Shown one piece after another: positions 56,152-64,000 of a stretch of 64,000 nucleotides of DNA; the stretch's first letter is position 1, and every line of letters begins with the position of its first letter. The position numbers and the translations under genes are program-made. Origin of the DNA: Candidatus Krumholzibacteriia bacterium (lineage in GTDB: Bacteria; Krumholzibacteriota; Krumholzibacteriia; LZORAL124-64-63). The stretch is from assembly GCA_030592845.1 (NCBI GenBank), contig JAUVII010000001.1, positions 2,392-66,391 of the forward strand, in the 5' to 3' direction. The notes under the pieces were generated by a model, which worked only from the letters and a program-made list of their open reading frames with translations, had not been told where the DNA came from and did not search any database.

Positions 56152-58431
56152 ATGATGATGATTGGTCAGGCCACTCATCAAACCGCACCACCTTCACAGG
56201 AGCGATCCATGCCGACAAACCCGGACGCCCCCCGACCGGGCCCGACGGCCGCCAGGCGGATGTCATCAGCCTGGTGGGGCACATCTGTCCTGTTGGTCGT
56301 CCTGGCCACGGGATTTCTCTTTTCCTGGCACAGCCTCAGTGATCTCGATATCTGGTTCCACCTCCGTGCCGGCCGTGACCTGCTGGCCGGGCATGGGGTG
56401 ACATCCACCAACCTGTATTCCTTTACCGAACCTGACCGCCCGTGGGTCAATCACGAGTGGATGTTTCAAGCCCTGACCGCTCTGACCGGCCCGGCTGTGG
56501 CTATTTCACCGGCAACCGATGGCGTTCCGGACGTGCTGGGCTGGAATCTGATGAGATCCTTTCTGACCTTCCTGTTGTTATTGACCCTTTTGGGGGGTGA
56601 TGGCGGTTGGGACCGCTTCCGAGGAAGGGATGGTCCGGCGGCAGCAGCCTGGTCGGGAGTGCCTGTTCTGATGGGCTTACTGCTGATTTGGCCACGATTG
56701 ACAATTCGTCCGGAGTTGTTTTCATACCTGTTTTTCGTGGTCCTGATCCGGGGTGTGGAGCATTTTCTCCGGGGGCCCGGGTCCCTGGCCTCCACCGAAG
56801 GGAAATCACCGGCCAACCCCACTGACCGCTGGGTCCCCTATTTGGATCCCCGCCAACCGGGAGGCCTCATCGTTCTCCTGACGGTCATCTGGGCCCAATT
56901 CCACGGATTCGCCTCCCTGGCCCCGCTGGTCCTGCTACTGGGCTGGATGCTGACCCCTTTCCAGGTCCGCCTGACGCCCCCTGAGACAACCGGTGGAAGG
57001 CTCCAGCGCCGTCGTGGAATCATCCTGGTCGGGCTGACCCTGATTGCCCTGACCCTGACGCCCAACGGCTGGAACGGCCTTCTGATGCCAGTCCGGGCCC
57101 TGGGTCAGTTCTCCCAGAACCAGGTGGATCTGCGCGCCACCGTTTCCGAACTTGTTCCCCTGCAGGATTCCCCCAATTCCCTGGCCCTGACCATCGCCGT
57201 CTACCGTGTCGGCATGGTCTGGGGATTGATATGGATAGTCGGCACCTTTGGTAAAGTCAGCCTGTTGCGGATCTTCATCTTTGCACTGGCCGCAGTGGCT
57301 GCCTGGAGTAACCAGCGCAGCATCGGGTTTTTCGGATTGGCGTTCATACTGCTTCATACGGGGGCCGGAAGCCATCCCTGGCGGTTCGCCACACCAGGGC
57401 GACTGACCACCATCCGCCCCACCGCCATGGCCGCAGCCGGGCTGGCCATCACCTTGCTGGCGGCCGGCTTCCTATGGCCCCGGATCGTCAGTGATGAATT
57501 CTATTTGAAGGAAGGGGTTGGACGGCGATTCGGGTCGGGAGTGACCCCCGCCCACTTCCAGATCCAGGCCGCCGCCGACCTTGCATCCCAGCAGGACCCA
57601 AAGGTATTCGCCAACCTCGACGCCGCCGCGTTTCTCCTGGCCAACACCTCCGCCCGTCCTTTTATCGATGGGCGAACCGAGGCCTATTCCGCCGAACTCT
57701 GGTCCGAATACCATGTCATCAAGAGGGGTGACGGCCGGTCATTGCAGCATCTGGCCCAACGCGGAGTGGCTTCGGTCTGTTTGGCCACGGGCTCCGGCGC
57801 GTTCGACCTTTTGGCCGAACAATTGCTGGCTTCCCCCGCCTGGAAGCTTTGGACCGCGGAAGGGGCGGGACTATTATTCCGACCCGGAGATGATGTCCCC
57901 GGATCCGCGATCCTGGAACAGGCGGCCCGCAATACCATGGGATCCGCCGGAGGGCAATCCTCCGCCAGAAACGCCGACTTCTGTCTGGCCGCGGGCCGTC
58001 TCTACAAGTTCGCCGGTAATGACGCGCTGGTGGAAGATTCCTATCGCCGGGGGCTGGATTTCCGAAGCAACCACCCCACCCTGAATCACAATCTGGGAAA
58101 TCTGTTGTTGAACCGGAACAATTTCCGGGAAGCCCTGCCCCATTTCCAGGCAGCTTTGGCGGTTAATTCCCGCCTAATCGGATCCGCTCTGAACGCCGGT
58201 GTCTGCCAGATGCGGCTGGGACGCCCCGCCGAGGCCGCGCAATCATTCCGCCGCGCGGTCGCCATGGATTCGGGCAGGTTCGAGGGATGGGTTAATCTTT
58301 CAGCGGCCTATCACGGATCCGGAAACCGGCAGGGGGCGATTTCCGCTTTGAAAAAAGCGTTGGAAATCAGACCGGGAGATCCCCGACTGCAGCAGCGATT
58401 GCGGGAACTGAACCGCGGAGCCCGGAACTGA
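56152..58431 (+). CDS. polytopic membrane protein with C-terminal TPR domain (TMTC / PMT-like putative glycosyltransferase architecture)
   Basis: About 12 predicted TM helices in the first about 480 aa (LSDLDIWFHLRAGRDLL loop motif). C-terminal TPR repeats. Confidence 0.6.
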   Translation: MMMIGQATHQTAPPSQERSMPTNPDAPRPGPTAARRMSSAWWGTSVLLVVLATGFLFSWHSLSDLDIWFHLRAGRDLLAGHGVTSTNLYSFTEPDRPWVNHEWMFQALTALTGPAVAISPATDGVPDVLGWNLMRSFLTFLLLLTLLGGDGGWDRFRGRDGPAAAAWSGVPVLMGLLLIWPRLTIRPELFSYLFFVVLIRGVEHFLRGPGSLASTEGKSPANPTDRWVPYLDPRQPGGLIVLLTVIWAQFHGFASLAPLVLLLGWMLTPFQVRLTPPETTGGRLQRRRGIILVGLTLIALTLTPNGWNGLLMPVRALGQFSQNQVDLRATVSELVPLQDSPNSLALTIAVYRVGMVWGLIWIVGTFGKVSLLRIFIFALAAVAAWSNQRSIGFFGLAFILLHTGAGSHPWRFATPGRLTTIRPTAMAAAGLAITLLAAGFLWPRIVSDEFYLKEGVGRRFGSGVTPAHFQIQAAADLASQQDPKVFANLDAAAFLLANTSARPFIDGRTEAYSAELWSEYHVIKRGDGRSLQHLAQRGVASVCLATGSGAFDLLAEQLLASPAWKLWTAEGAGLLFRPGDDVPGSAILEQAARNTMGSAGGQSSARNADFCLAAGRLYKFAGNDALVEDSYRRGLDFRSNHPTLNHNLGNLLLNRNNFREALPHFQAALAVNSRLIGSALNAGVCQMRLGRPAEAAQSFRRAVAMDSGRFEGWVNLSAAYHGSGNRQGAISALKKALEIRPGDPRLQQRLRELNRGARN

Positions 58432-58450
58432 CCCGGACCCCGCAATATTC

Positions 58451-59872
58451 CTAGTATTTGACCTGCACGGTATAGGTCAGAACCGCTTCCCCGTCCGCGG
58501 GCACCGGCACATCAAACGCCAATTCCCCGGCATTCACTTTCCGATGGGGATGGGATTCGGAGACCACTTCCCAGTATCCGCCCACCGGCTCGCTTACTTC
58601 CACGACCACCTCGTTTTCCCTGTGGTTCCTGATGGTGATCTCGAAAGTGGTGCGATAAAGACTGGCACCCAGTTTTTCACTGTTGGTACGGACTCTTTCA
58701 GCCACGATGTCGAAAGCGTTGCCCACCGTCAGGTCGATGGTTTCCTTTTTCGGTGTATGGTCGATGCGGTCTTCCCCCAGCAGTTGCCGCGAGCCGGACG
58801 CCGAGCGGCCATAAACCCGGAACACACCGGCGGGCAGGGCCATGCCAAGCTTGTTTTCCTCGGTGTTCTCGAAACTGTAGCTGACGCTGACCTTGGTTTT
58901 CTCCGTCAAGCGCCCGATGCTCCGGAAATAATGGGGCTGGGCCCGCAACCGGTAGTGCTTCGTCACCCTGATCCCGGCCGCGTCGAAGAGGGATATCTGT
59001 TTGATCTGGTTGTCCAGCAGGTCGGTCGGCCGCTGCATGGTGTACATGTGATAGTCGTAGAGCGCCTCTTCCTGGAAATTGGACCGGGGAGCCCGCATGG
59101 CGGTGGTTTCCATCATCCCCATCTTTTCCATGCTCGGCCGGGCCTGGTTGATATCCCCGGCCACCAGCAGAAGATTGGCCTCCCGGTATGAGGCCCCCGT
59201 CCTGTTTTCCACCGTAACCCAGGCCTGCAGACCGGCCTTCTCCCCTTTTTCATCCAATTGCAGAACGTAATCCGCGTGCCAGGAAAATCCGCCCGTCAGA
59301 TAGGAAGTCTCGACTTCGGTGCTTCCACCCTTGGACGTATGTGCCAACCAGACCAGAGTGGGACGCGCCCGCAGATTTTCCGGCAGCTCCGGCAGGGCCA
59401 GGCGTCCCGGCATCTTGAAGACGATTTCCTCATCCACGCTGTACACCGGACCATTGCTCATTCCCAGAAGTGTCCCGGTGAGGCGGGTGCCGTCCTCCTG
59501 GATCCAGGTCAATTCACGACCCACGTACTTCTGCAGGATCTTGTCGGGCGACATCAGATCGAATTCGTAGTTCTGTTCATACAGTTCCAGGCCCGTCCCA
59601 CCGGAGGACGAAACCAGCAGGGTCACCGGATTGATGCGGGACGGAACATCCTGAAATTCGAAGGTGAAGTCTCCCCGGGGAAGGTCCACCCGCCGGATTT
59701 CGCGAATCAGGGCCAGATCCCGGTTGTAGACCGTTACGTCAATGCGTTCCCGGTCGTCCTGTCCCGAAGCTACTGCTGACAATTCCGCCGCCGAAGCCGG
59801 ACCGGCCATCCCCATCAGGAGTGCACAGGTTGGAATCAGATATCCCAATAATTTCAATGGTTTGGCCATCAT
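58451..59872 (-). CDS. DUF4139-family exported protein
   Basis: Start at MMAKPLKLLGYLIPTCALLMGMAGPASA (signal peptide). About 470 aa. Overall pattern of the DUF4139 family. Confidence 0.5.
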   Translation of the reverse strand: MMAKPLKLLGYLIPTCALLMGMAGPASAAELSAVASGQDDRERIDVTVYNRDLALIREIRRVDLPRGDFTFEFQDVPSRINPVTLLVSSSGGTGLELYEQNYEFDLMSPDKILQKYVGRELTWIQEDGTRLTGTLLGMSNGPVYSVDEEIVFKMPGRLALPELPENLRARPTLVWLAHTSKGGSTEVETSYLTGGFSWHADYVLQLDEKGEKAGLQAWVTVENRTGASYREANLLLVAGDINQARPSMEKMGMMETTAMRAPRSNFQEEALYDYHMYTMQRPTDLLDNQIKQISLFDAAGIRVTKHYRLRAQPHYFRSIGRLTEKTKVSVSYSFENTEENKLGMALPAGVFRVYGRSASGSRQLLGEDRIDHTPKKETIDLTVGNAFDIVAERVRTNSEKLGASLYRTTFEITIRNHRENEVVVEVSEPVGGYWEVVSESHPHRKVNAGELAFDVPVPADGEAVLTYTVQVKY

Positions 59873-60081
59873 GGCATAGACCTCCGGTTGGAGACGGAAA
59901 ATAGTTCTGACACAATGATCATTTTCCCGGAAAACGATCGTAGCGACCATTCAATCTAAAGTCATAGACGGTTCGGACGATCATTCTGTTGACCCGAGGG
60001 TTTCGGGTAAACAAGAAAATTCCACCAGGGTGCCGGAATATTTGTCCCGGTCCCGAACCAAAATGTCACTGTTGGAGGTGC

Positions 60082-60462
60082 ATGTTGGGCCACACCATCC
60101 TCATCGCGGACGACGCTGCATTCATGCGGGACATGCTCCGCCAGATCATCGAGGACATGGATTGGACCGTCGTTGGAGAAGCCACCGACGGGCGGGAGGC
60201 CATCACCCTTTACCAAAAGAACAAGCCCGACCTGGTTCTACTGGACATCACCATGCCCAACCTGGACGGCACCCAGGCCCTGAAAGCCATCCTCGCGGAT
60301 GACCCTCACGCCCAGATCGTCATGATCACCGCCCTCGGACAAAAGGATCAGGTCCTCGACGCCATCAAGGCCGGGGCCCGGGATTTCATCATCAAACCCT
60401 TCGATCATGACCGGGTGACGGAAACCCTGGACCGGATCCTGGTTCCCAGCCCCGTCGTCTGA
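60082..60462 (+). CDS. single-domain response regulator (CheY-like receiver)
   Basis: ILIADD, LVLLDITMPNLDG, ALKAI, MITALGQ, IIKPF motifs. GGAGG RBS. Confidence 0.85.
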   Translation: MLGHTILIADDAAFMRDMLRQIIEDMDWTVVGEATDGREAITLYQKNKPDLVLLDITMPNLDGTQALKAILADDPHAQIVMITALGQKDQVLDAIKAGARDFIIKPFDHDRVTETLDRILVPSPVV

Positions 60463-60479
60463 ACCGTCGCCAGCGGCGG

Positions 60480-61265
60480 TCAGGACAGAAACACCAGGAC
60501 CGCAACCCCCAGAACCAGGCAATAGATACTGAATTTCCAGAAGTGGGACTGCACCACGGCCAGGGCCGTCCATTTGATCGCCACCAGGCCCACGGCAAAC
60601 GAAGTTGCTCCCGCCAGAACAAGCCGTAACAATTCCGCCGATTCCACCGAATTCCCGTCCATCAATTGCAGGGCCAGGGCGCCACTCACGGCCGGGATGG
60701 AAAGCAGGAAGCTGAACCGCGCCGCCTCTGCCCGCGGCAGGCCCACCCACAGGGCCGCGGCAATGGTGGAGCCTGACCGGCTGATTCCCGGCAGGATCGC
60801 GAAGACCTGCGCGGTACCGACCATCAGGGCGCGGCCAAGAGAGGGCGCCCGGGGTTCCCAGGGTTCCTTCAGGGGATTGCTCTTGCCGGCAAAACGGGTG
60901 GAGAACAGTATCCCCGCGGTGAGAACCAGGCCGGCGGCGGCAAACAGGGGACTGTGAAAAAGCGCCTCGATCTGATTCCTGAACAAAAGTCCCACCACCA
61001 CGGCGGGCAGGGTGCCCACGAACAGACTGGTCAGGTACCCCACCGCCGCCCGATCGAATTTCAACAGGCGCGCAATTTCACTCCGGTAGACAACCAGAAT
61101 GGATCCCAGGGTTCCGACATGAAGAATGATGTCAAAAAACACATCACCCTGGCGGACACCCATGAAATGCTGGAACAGGACCAGGTGACCGGAACTGCTG
61201 ACGGGAAGGAATTCGGTCAGCCCCTGGACGACAGCCAGCAGAAGCATGTTCAGGATTTCAACCAC
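60480..61265 (-). CDS. uppP: undecaprenyl-diphosphate phosphatase
   Basis: LTEFLPVSSSGHLVL, GISRSGSTIAAAL motifs. Confidence 0.9.
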   Translation of the reverse strand: MVEILNMLLLAVVQGLTEFLPVSSSGHLVLFQHFMGVRQGDVFFDIILHVGTLGSILVVYRSEIARLLKFDRAAVGYLTSLFVGTLPAVVVGLLFRNQIEALFHSPLFAAAGLVLTAGILFSTRFAGKSNPLKEPWEPRAPSLGRALMVGTAQVFAILPGISRSGSTIAAALWVGLPRAEAARFSFLLSIPAVSGALALQLMDGNSVESAELLRLVLAGATSFAVGLVAIKWTALAVVQSHFWKFSIYCLVLGVAVLVFLS

Positions 61266-61346
61266 CGCGAAAAACCTCGCTGTCAGGAAGCCCGCACCGG
61301 GGCTTCAGGATGAAATTGCGAATTGGGTATTTGGCCCACCAGGCTG

Positions 61347-62222
61347 TTAGGAATGACCACCGGGGTTGCGGGCTGCCCGAGCCTGACCGTAATGGAGCCG
61401 AGCCTCCTGGGGCATACCCAGGGCGTCGCAGGTCAAGGCGATCTGGTAGTGCGTGCGCGCGTCCTCGGGAAAATATTCCAACGCGTTTTCGAGACTGACA
61501 CGAGCCTCCTGGTAACGCTCCATCTTGTGAAGGCATGTGCCCCGGTAATAGGGAATGCGCGCCAGGCGGGAATCCAGTTTCCAAGCCAGGTCGAACCGCA
61601 GGCAGGCATCCGGGTAGATACCGCTCTTCATCAGGCAAAGCGCCGCGTAGTAATGCCCCAACGCAAATCCCGGGTCACATTCCACGCTGCGCTCGAAACA
61701 ATCCAGGGCCCGCACGAAATCTTCCCGGGCATAGTGGACCAGTCCCAGATTCTGATAGCCTTCGGCGTCCTGCTCCAGGGCGAGCGCGGATTCGAAAGCC
61801 CTGATGGCCTCGTCGCTGCGCCCCTCCTCGGCGTAGATGGCTCCCAGGTTATGGAAAGCTACCGGGCTGCCGCCTGACTGGTGGGTGGATTTCCGGTAGG
61901 CCCGCACGGCCTCGTCCCGCCGCCCCTGGCGATCCAGGCAAACCCCGAGGTTGGTCAGATAGGAGGGGGTAACCGGTTCAAGTTCCAACGCCTTCCTGAA
62001 ACAATGTTCCGCCCGTTCGGGAAGACCGAGTTTCATGAATACACAGCCCAGGCGGTAGTGCCAGGGGTGCTGGTCGGGCGACGCCGCAAGAGCCCGCTCG
62101 TAGGCCTGTCTGGCCTTCTCGAGCTCGCCTTCGGTTTCGGCCTTGCGTCCGGATTGAAAAAGTCCGGCGCTCGATGGGGAAGCATCGTTGTTCGATGAGG
62201 ATTCCGGTGCTGATTGATTCAT
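61347..62222 (-). CDS. tetratricopeptide-repeat protein
   Basis: About 7 TPR-like repeats. Immediately downstream of the MglA-like gene (60-bp gap). Confidence 0.7.
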   Translation of the reverse strand: MNQSAPESSSNNDASPSSAGLFQSGRKAETEGELEKARQAYERALAASPDQHPWHYRLGCVFMKLGLPERAEHCFRKALELEPVTPSYLTNLGVCLDRQGRRDEAVRAYRKSTHQSGGSPVAFHNLGAIYAEEGRSDEAIRAFESALALEQDAEGYQNLGLVHYAREDFVRALDCFERSVECDPGFALGHYYAALCLMKSGIYPDACLRFDLAWKLDSRLARIPYYRGTCLHKMERYQEARVSLENALEYFPEDARTHYQIALTCDALGMPQEARLHYGQARAARNPGGHS

Positions 62223-62282
62223 GCGGGGAATCTACCCCAGAACACACCCGGGGTCAACGTCGGCGTGGGATTCCGGGCCGGA

Positions 62283-63119
62283 TCAGAAGGTGGAATTATC
62301 GTCGACTTCGATTTCCAGCAGAATCTTGATGGGACCGTCTCCCGTCAGCAACCGCCTGGGAATCTTGACCGGGACGACCACCGGAGGCCGCAATTCCTCG
62401 AAAATGGCATCGGTGAGTGCCTTGGTCGATTCGCCGATTTCCGAACCGGGAATGGGCGGACCATAGTCTATGCCCAAACCGCTGGCATCAATCTTTTCCA
62501 CTTCGACGGAAATTTCACCCTCTCCCAGGATGGGTGGTTCGAAACTGGTCTCCAGCTTGCGGGTCCTGGGGTTCTCGTTGAGTTGGCCGACCGTAAGACC
62601 CAAAACCGATTTAAGGGTTTCCCGAACGCCCTCTCCCTTGCCTGCATTGGCGGGAAAAGAAAGGAGTCCCCAGGGGTTGAGCAGGCTTTCCATCCGGTCC
62701 ACCGGCAGAATATCGGCCTGGTCACGGCCATTGTATTGGATGACCACCGGAACGTCGGTCAGGTCCAGTTCGTAGGATTCCAGAAAATTCTTCAGGGATT
62801 CGAACGCCGCCAGACTCTCGTCAAGTTGATCCAGTCGGGAGTTGACCACGAAAACGATTCCATCGAAGGGAGCCTCGGCGGCCGGTCCGGGGGAACGATG
62901 GCTTTCCTCGCCGGCGTCCATGCACTGCACCAGGACCTGCCAGGTACCGTAGTTGCCTTGATTGACCTTGAAGGCGATCTGCCGTTCAGGATCCCCCGAG
63001 CCCGGAACCAGGACCTGCTCCGGCGGAAGGGACTGATGGATAAAACGCAGATTGGCCCTTTTTCCCGAATCGGAGGGACCGTAGTAAAGCAGTCGGCAGG
63101 TTTTCTGCGATGTCATCAT
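62283..63119 (-). CDS. MglA-like Ras-family small GTPase paralogue with divergent nucleotide-binding motifs and about 85-aa C-terminal extension
   Basis: CRLLYYGPSDSGKRANLRFI compared with remembered MglA CKIVYYGPGLCGKTTNLQYI. DGIVFVVNSRLDQLDESL...VPVVIQYNGRDQAD compared with DGVVFVADSQIERMEANM...IPYVIQYNKRDLPN. Start at MMTSQ assumed. Confidence 0.7.
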   Translation of the reverse strand: MMTSQKTCRLLYYGPSDSGKRANLRFIHQSLPPEQVLVPGSGDPERQIAFKVNQGNYGTWQVLVQCMDAGEESHRSPGPAAEAPFDGIVFVVNSRLDQLDESLAAFESLKNFLESYELDLTDVPVVIQYNGRDQADILPVDRMESLLNPWGLLSFPANAGKGEGVRETLKSVLGLTVGQLNENPRTRKLETSFEPPILGEGEISVEVEKIDASGLGIDYGPPIPGSEIGESTKALTDAIFEELRPPVVVPVKIPRRLLTGDGPIKILLEIEVDDNSTF

Positions 63120-63380
63120 TTCTTCGGCCAAGGCATTATCCTTTGCATGTTTGGACCACGGGCCGGATCTTTCCGGAGAGAGTCCGTATCCGGAAGAAGC
63201 AAGGCCTGTGCCATCAATGCTTCTCTCAAAACCCTGATTCCACCTTAATTCCGAGGTTTCCATAAAGTAGGCAAGCAAATTGCATTACCGACGCGGACGG
63301 AGGGATGAATCACGCACGGTGGGCCATTTTGAGTTCCATCGGGGCATTTGAAGGAAAGATCCGCAACAGAAAGTGGCCAG

Positions 63381-63821
63381 ATGACCACCAACACCGACAA
63401 AATCCTGAAGACCATGTTCGGCCGTCTGCTTCAAATCGAGGTGGAGGAAGACATCATCCACAAACTTTGTGCCGTCATCGACAGCGTGACCGACAGGGTC
63501 GGGGGAAATTTCGATCTGGATACCGTCCAGGGCCAGAACACCTTTCGCGCCCTCTTGTGTTCCATGGTGGTTCACGGTTGGGGTAACGGGATGCATCCCT
63601 ATCACAATCCCGGCGCCAACCAAGACGGTCACGCCGTTGAAGTCCGGGTGAGCAAGGATATCCTGATGTCCATGGAAGACCTTCAATCACTCCGTTACGT
63701 CAAAAAAGACGATCAGGGCCGGGTGAAACAAGCCTTGTTCGAACCTGACCATAATGTTCGCGTGCGGCAACAGATTGACGAGATCCTGGGTGAAATCAGC
63801 CGTAACAAGGGCAAAAGCTAG
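63381..63821 (+). CDS. hypothetical protein
   Basis: MTTNTDKILKTMFGRLLQIEVEEDIIHKL.... Strong GC third-position bias in this frame. The overlapping minus-strand ORF lacks it. Confidence 0.5.
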   Translation: MTTNTDKILKTMFGRLLQIEVEEDIIHKLCAVIDSVTDRVGGNFDLDTVQGQNTFRALLCSMVVHGWGNGMHPYHNPGANQDGHAVEVRVSKDILMSMEDLQSLRYVKKDDQGRVKQALFEPDHNVRVRQQIDEILGEISRNKGKS

Positions 63822-63860
63822 GCATCCGGATATTGACCGGCGGCTTGGTGTTCGCCGGAA

Positions 63861-63900
63861 AAAAAGCGCGGCTCCGTTGATTACGGAGCCCCGCTTTTGT
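63861..63900. terminator. bidirectional terminator
   Basis: AAAAAAGCGCGGCTCCG-ttgatta-CGGAGCCCCGCTTTTGT. Confidence 0.6.
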
Positions 63901-63916
63901 CAGGAAAAATGCCGCT

Positions 63917-64000
63917 TAGAAGATGTTTTCCCCATCTGCCAGGATTTCATTCAAGGCATCCCGGAAATGGTTGGTGCTGTTGGCCACCTCGGGAGTCACC
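63917..64000 (-). CDS. C-terminal end of an unidentified gene running off the window
   Basis: Minus-strand frame ...VTPEVANSTNHFRDALNEILADGENIF-stop (TAA at 63919-63917) with GC-rich third positions. Confidence 0.4.

Noticed and set aside
63285-63686. 133-aa minus-strand ORF overlapping the 63381..63821 plus-strand gene
   Set aside because: The plus-strand frame shows strong G/C third-position bias. The minus frame does not.

Overview
GC-rich (about 62-65 percent) bacterial chromosomal segment. It is gene-dense and almost entirely co-directional on the minus strand from about 5.9 kb to 45.8 kb. No rRNA, tRNA, CRISPR array, transposase or integrase was seen. Recognisable housekeeping genes: groES-groEL, valS, uvrB, birA, coaX, nadC, panB-panC, folB-folK, a deoxynucleoside kinase, tatA, uppP, dsbD, a TlpA-like thioredoxin lipoprotein, crcB, a PpiD-like chaperone, a sigma-70 family factor, a rodZ-like gene and a yigZ-like gene. 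Accessory content: (1) a roughly 1500-aa secreted gingipain-like C25 peptidase with an FG-GAP beta-propeller. Its FlgD-Ig/T9SS-like C-terminal sorting domain is separated from the protease by one in-frame TAA. (2) A cell-surface polysaccharide cluster: WecA-like initiating transferase, GT1 glycosyltransferase, Wzy_C/O-antigen-ligase-like protein, SAM methyltransferase and hypotheticals. It is headed by a ParA/MinD-type ATPase fused to an AMPK-beta-type glycogen-binding module (CBM48). (3) A translationally coupled yqeC / MocA-like / XdhC-like / yqeB cluster for maturation of the labile selenium cofactor of molybdenum hydroxylases. No selD or hydroxylase is present in the window. (4) An mrfA/yprA DUF1998 helicase plus mrfB/yprB DEDD-exonuclease pair. 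(5) An MglA-like Ras-family GTPase with degenerate nucleotide-binding motifs, next to a TPR protein. (6) A PDZ-7TM-GAF-PP2C phosphatase followed by a 22-codon hydrophobic small ORF with its own terminator. Several clean rho-independent terminators and candidate operator palindromes are visible. The gene repertoire suggests an uncultivated FCB-group, Gemmatimonadota-like or candidate-phylum bacterium. Taxon assignment from sequence alone is low confidence.
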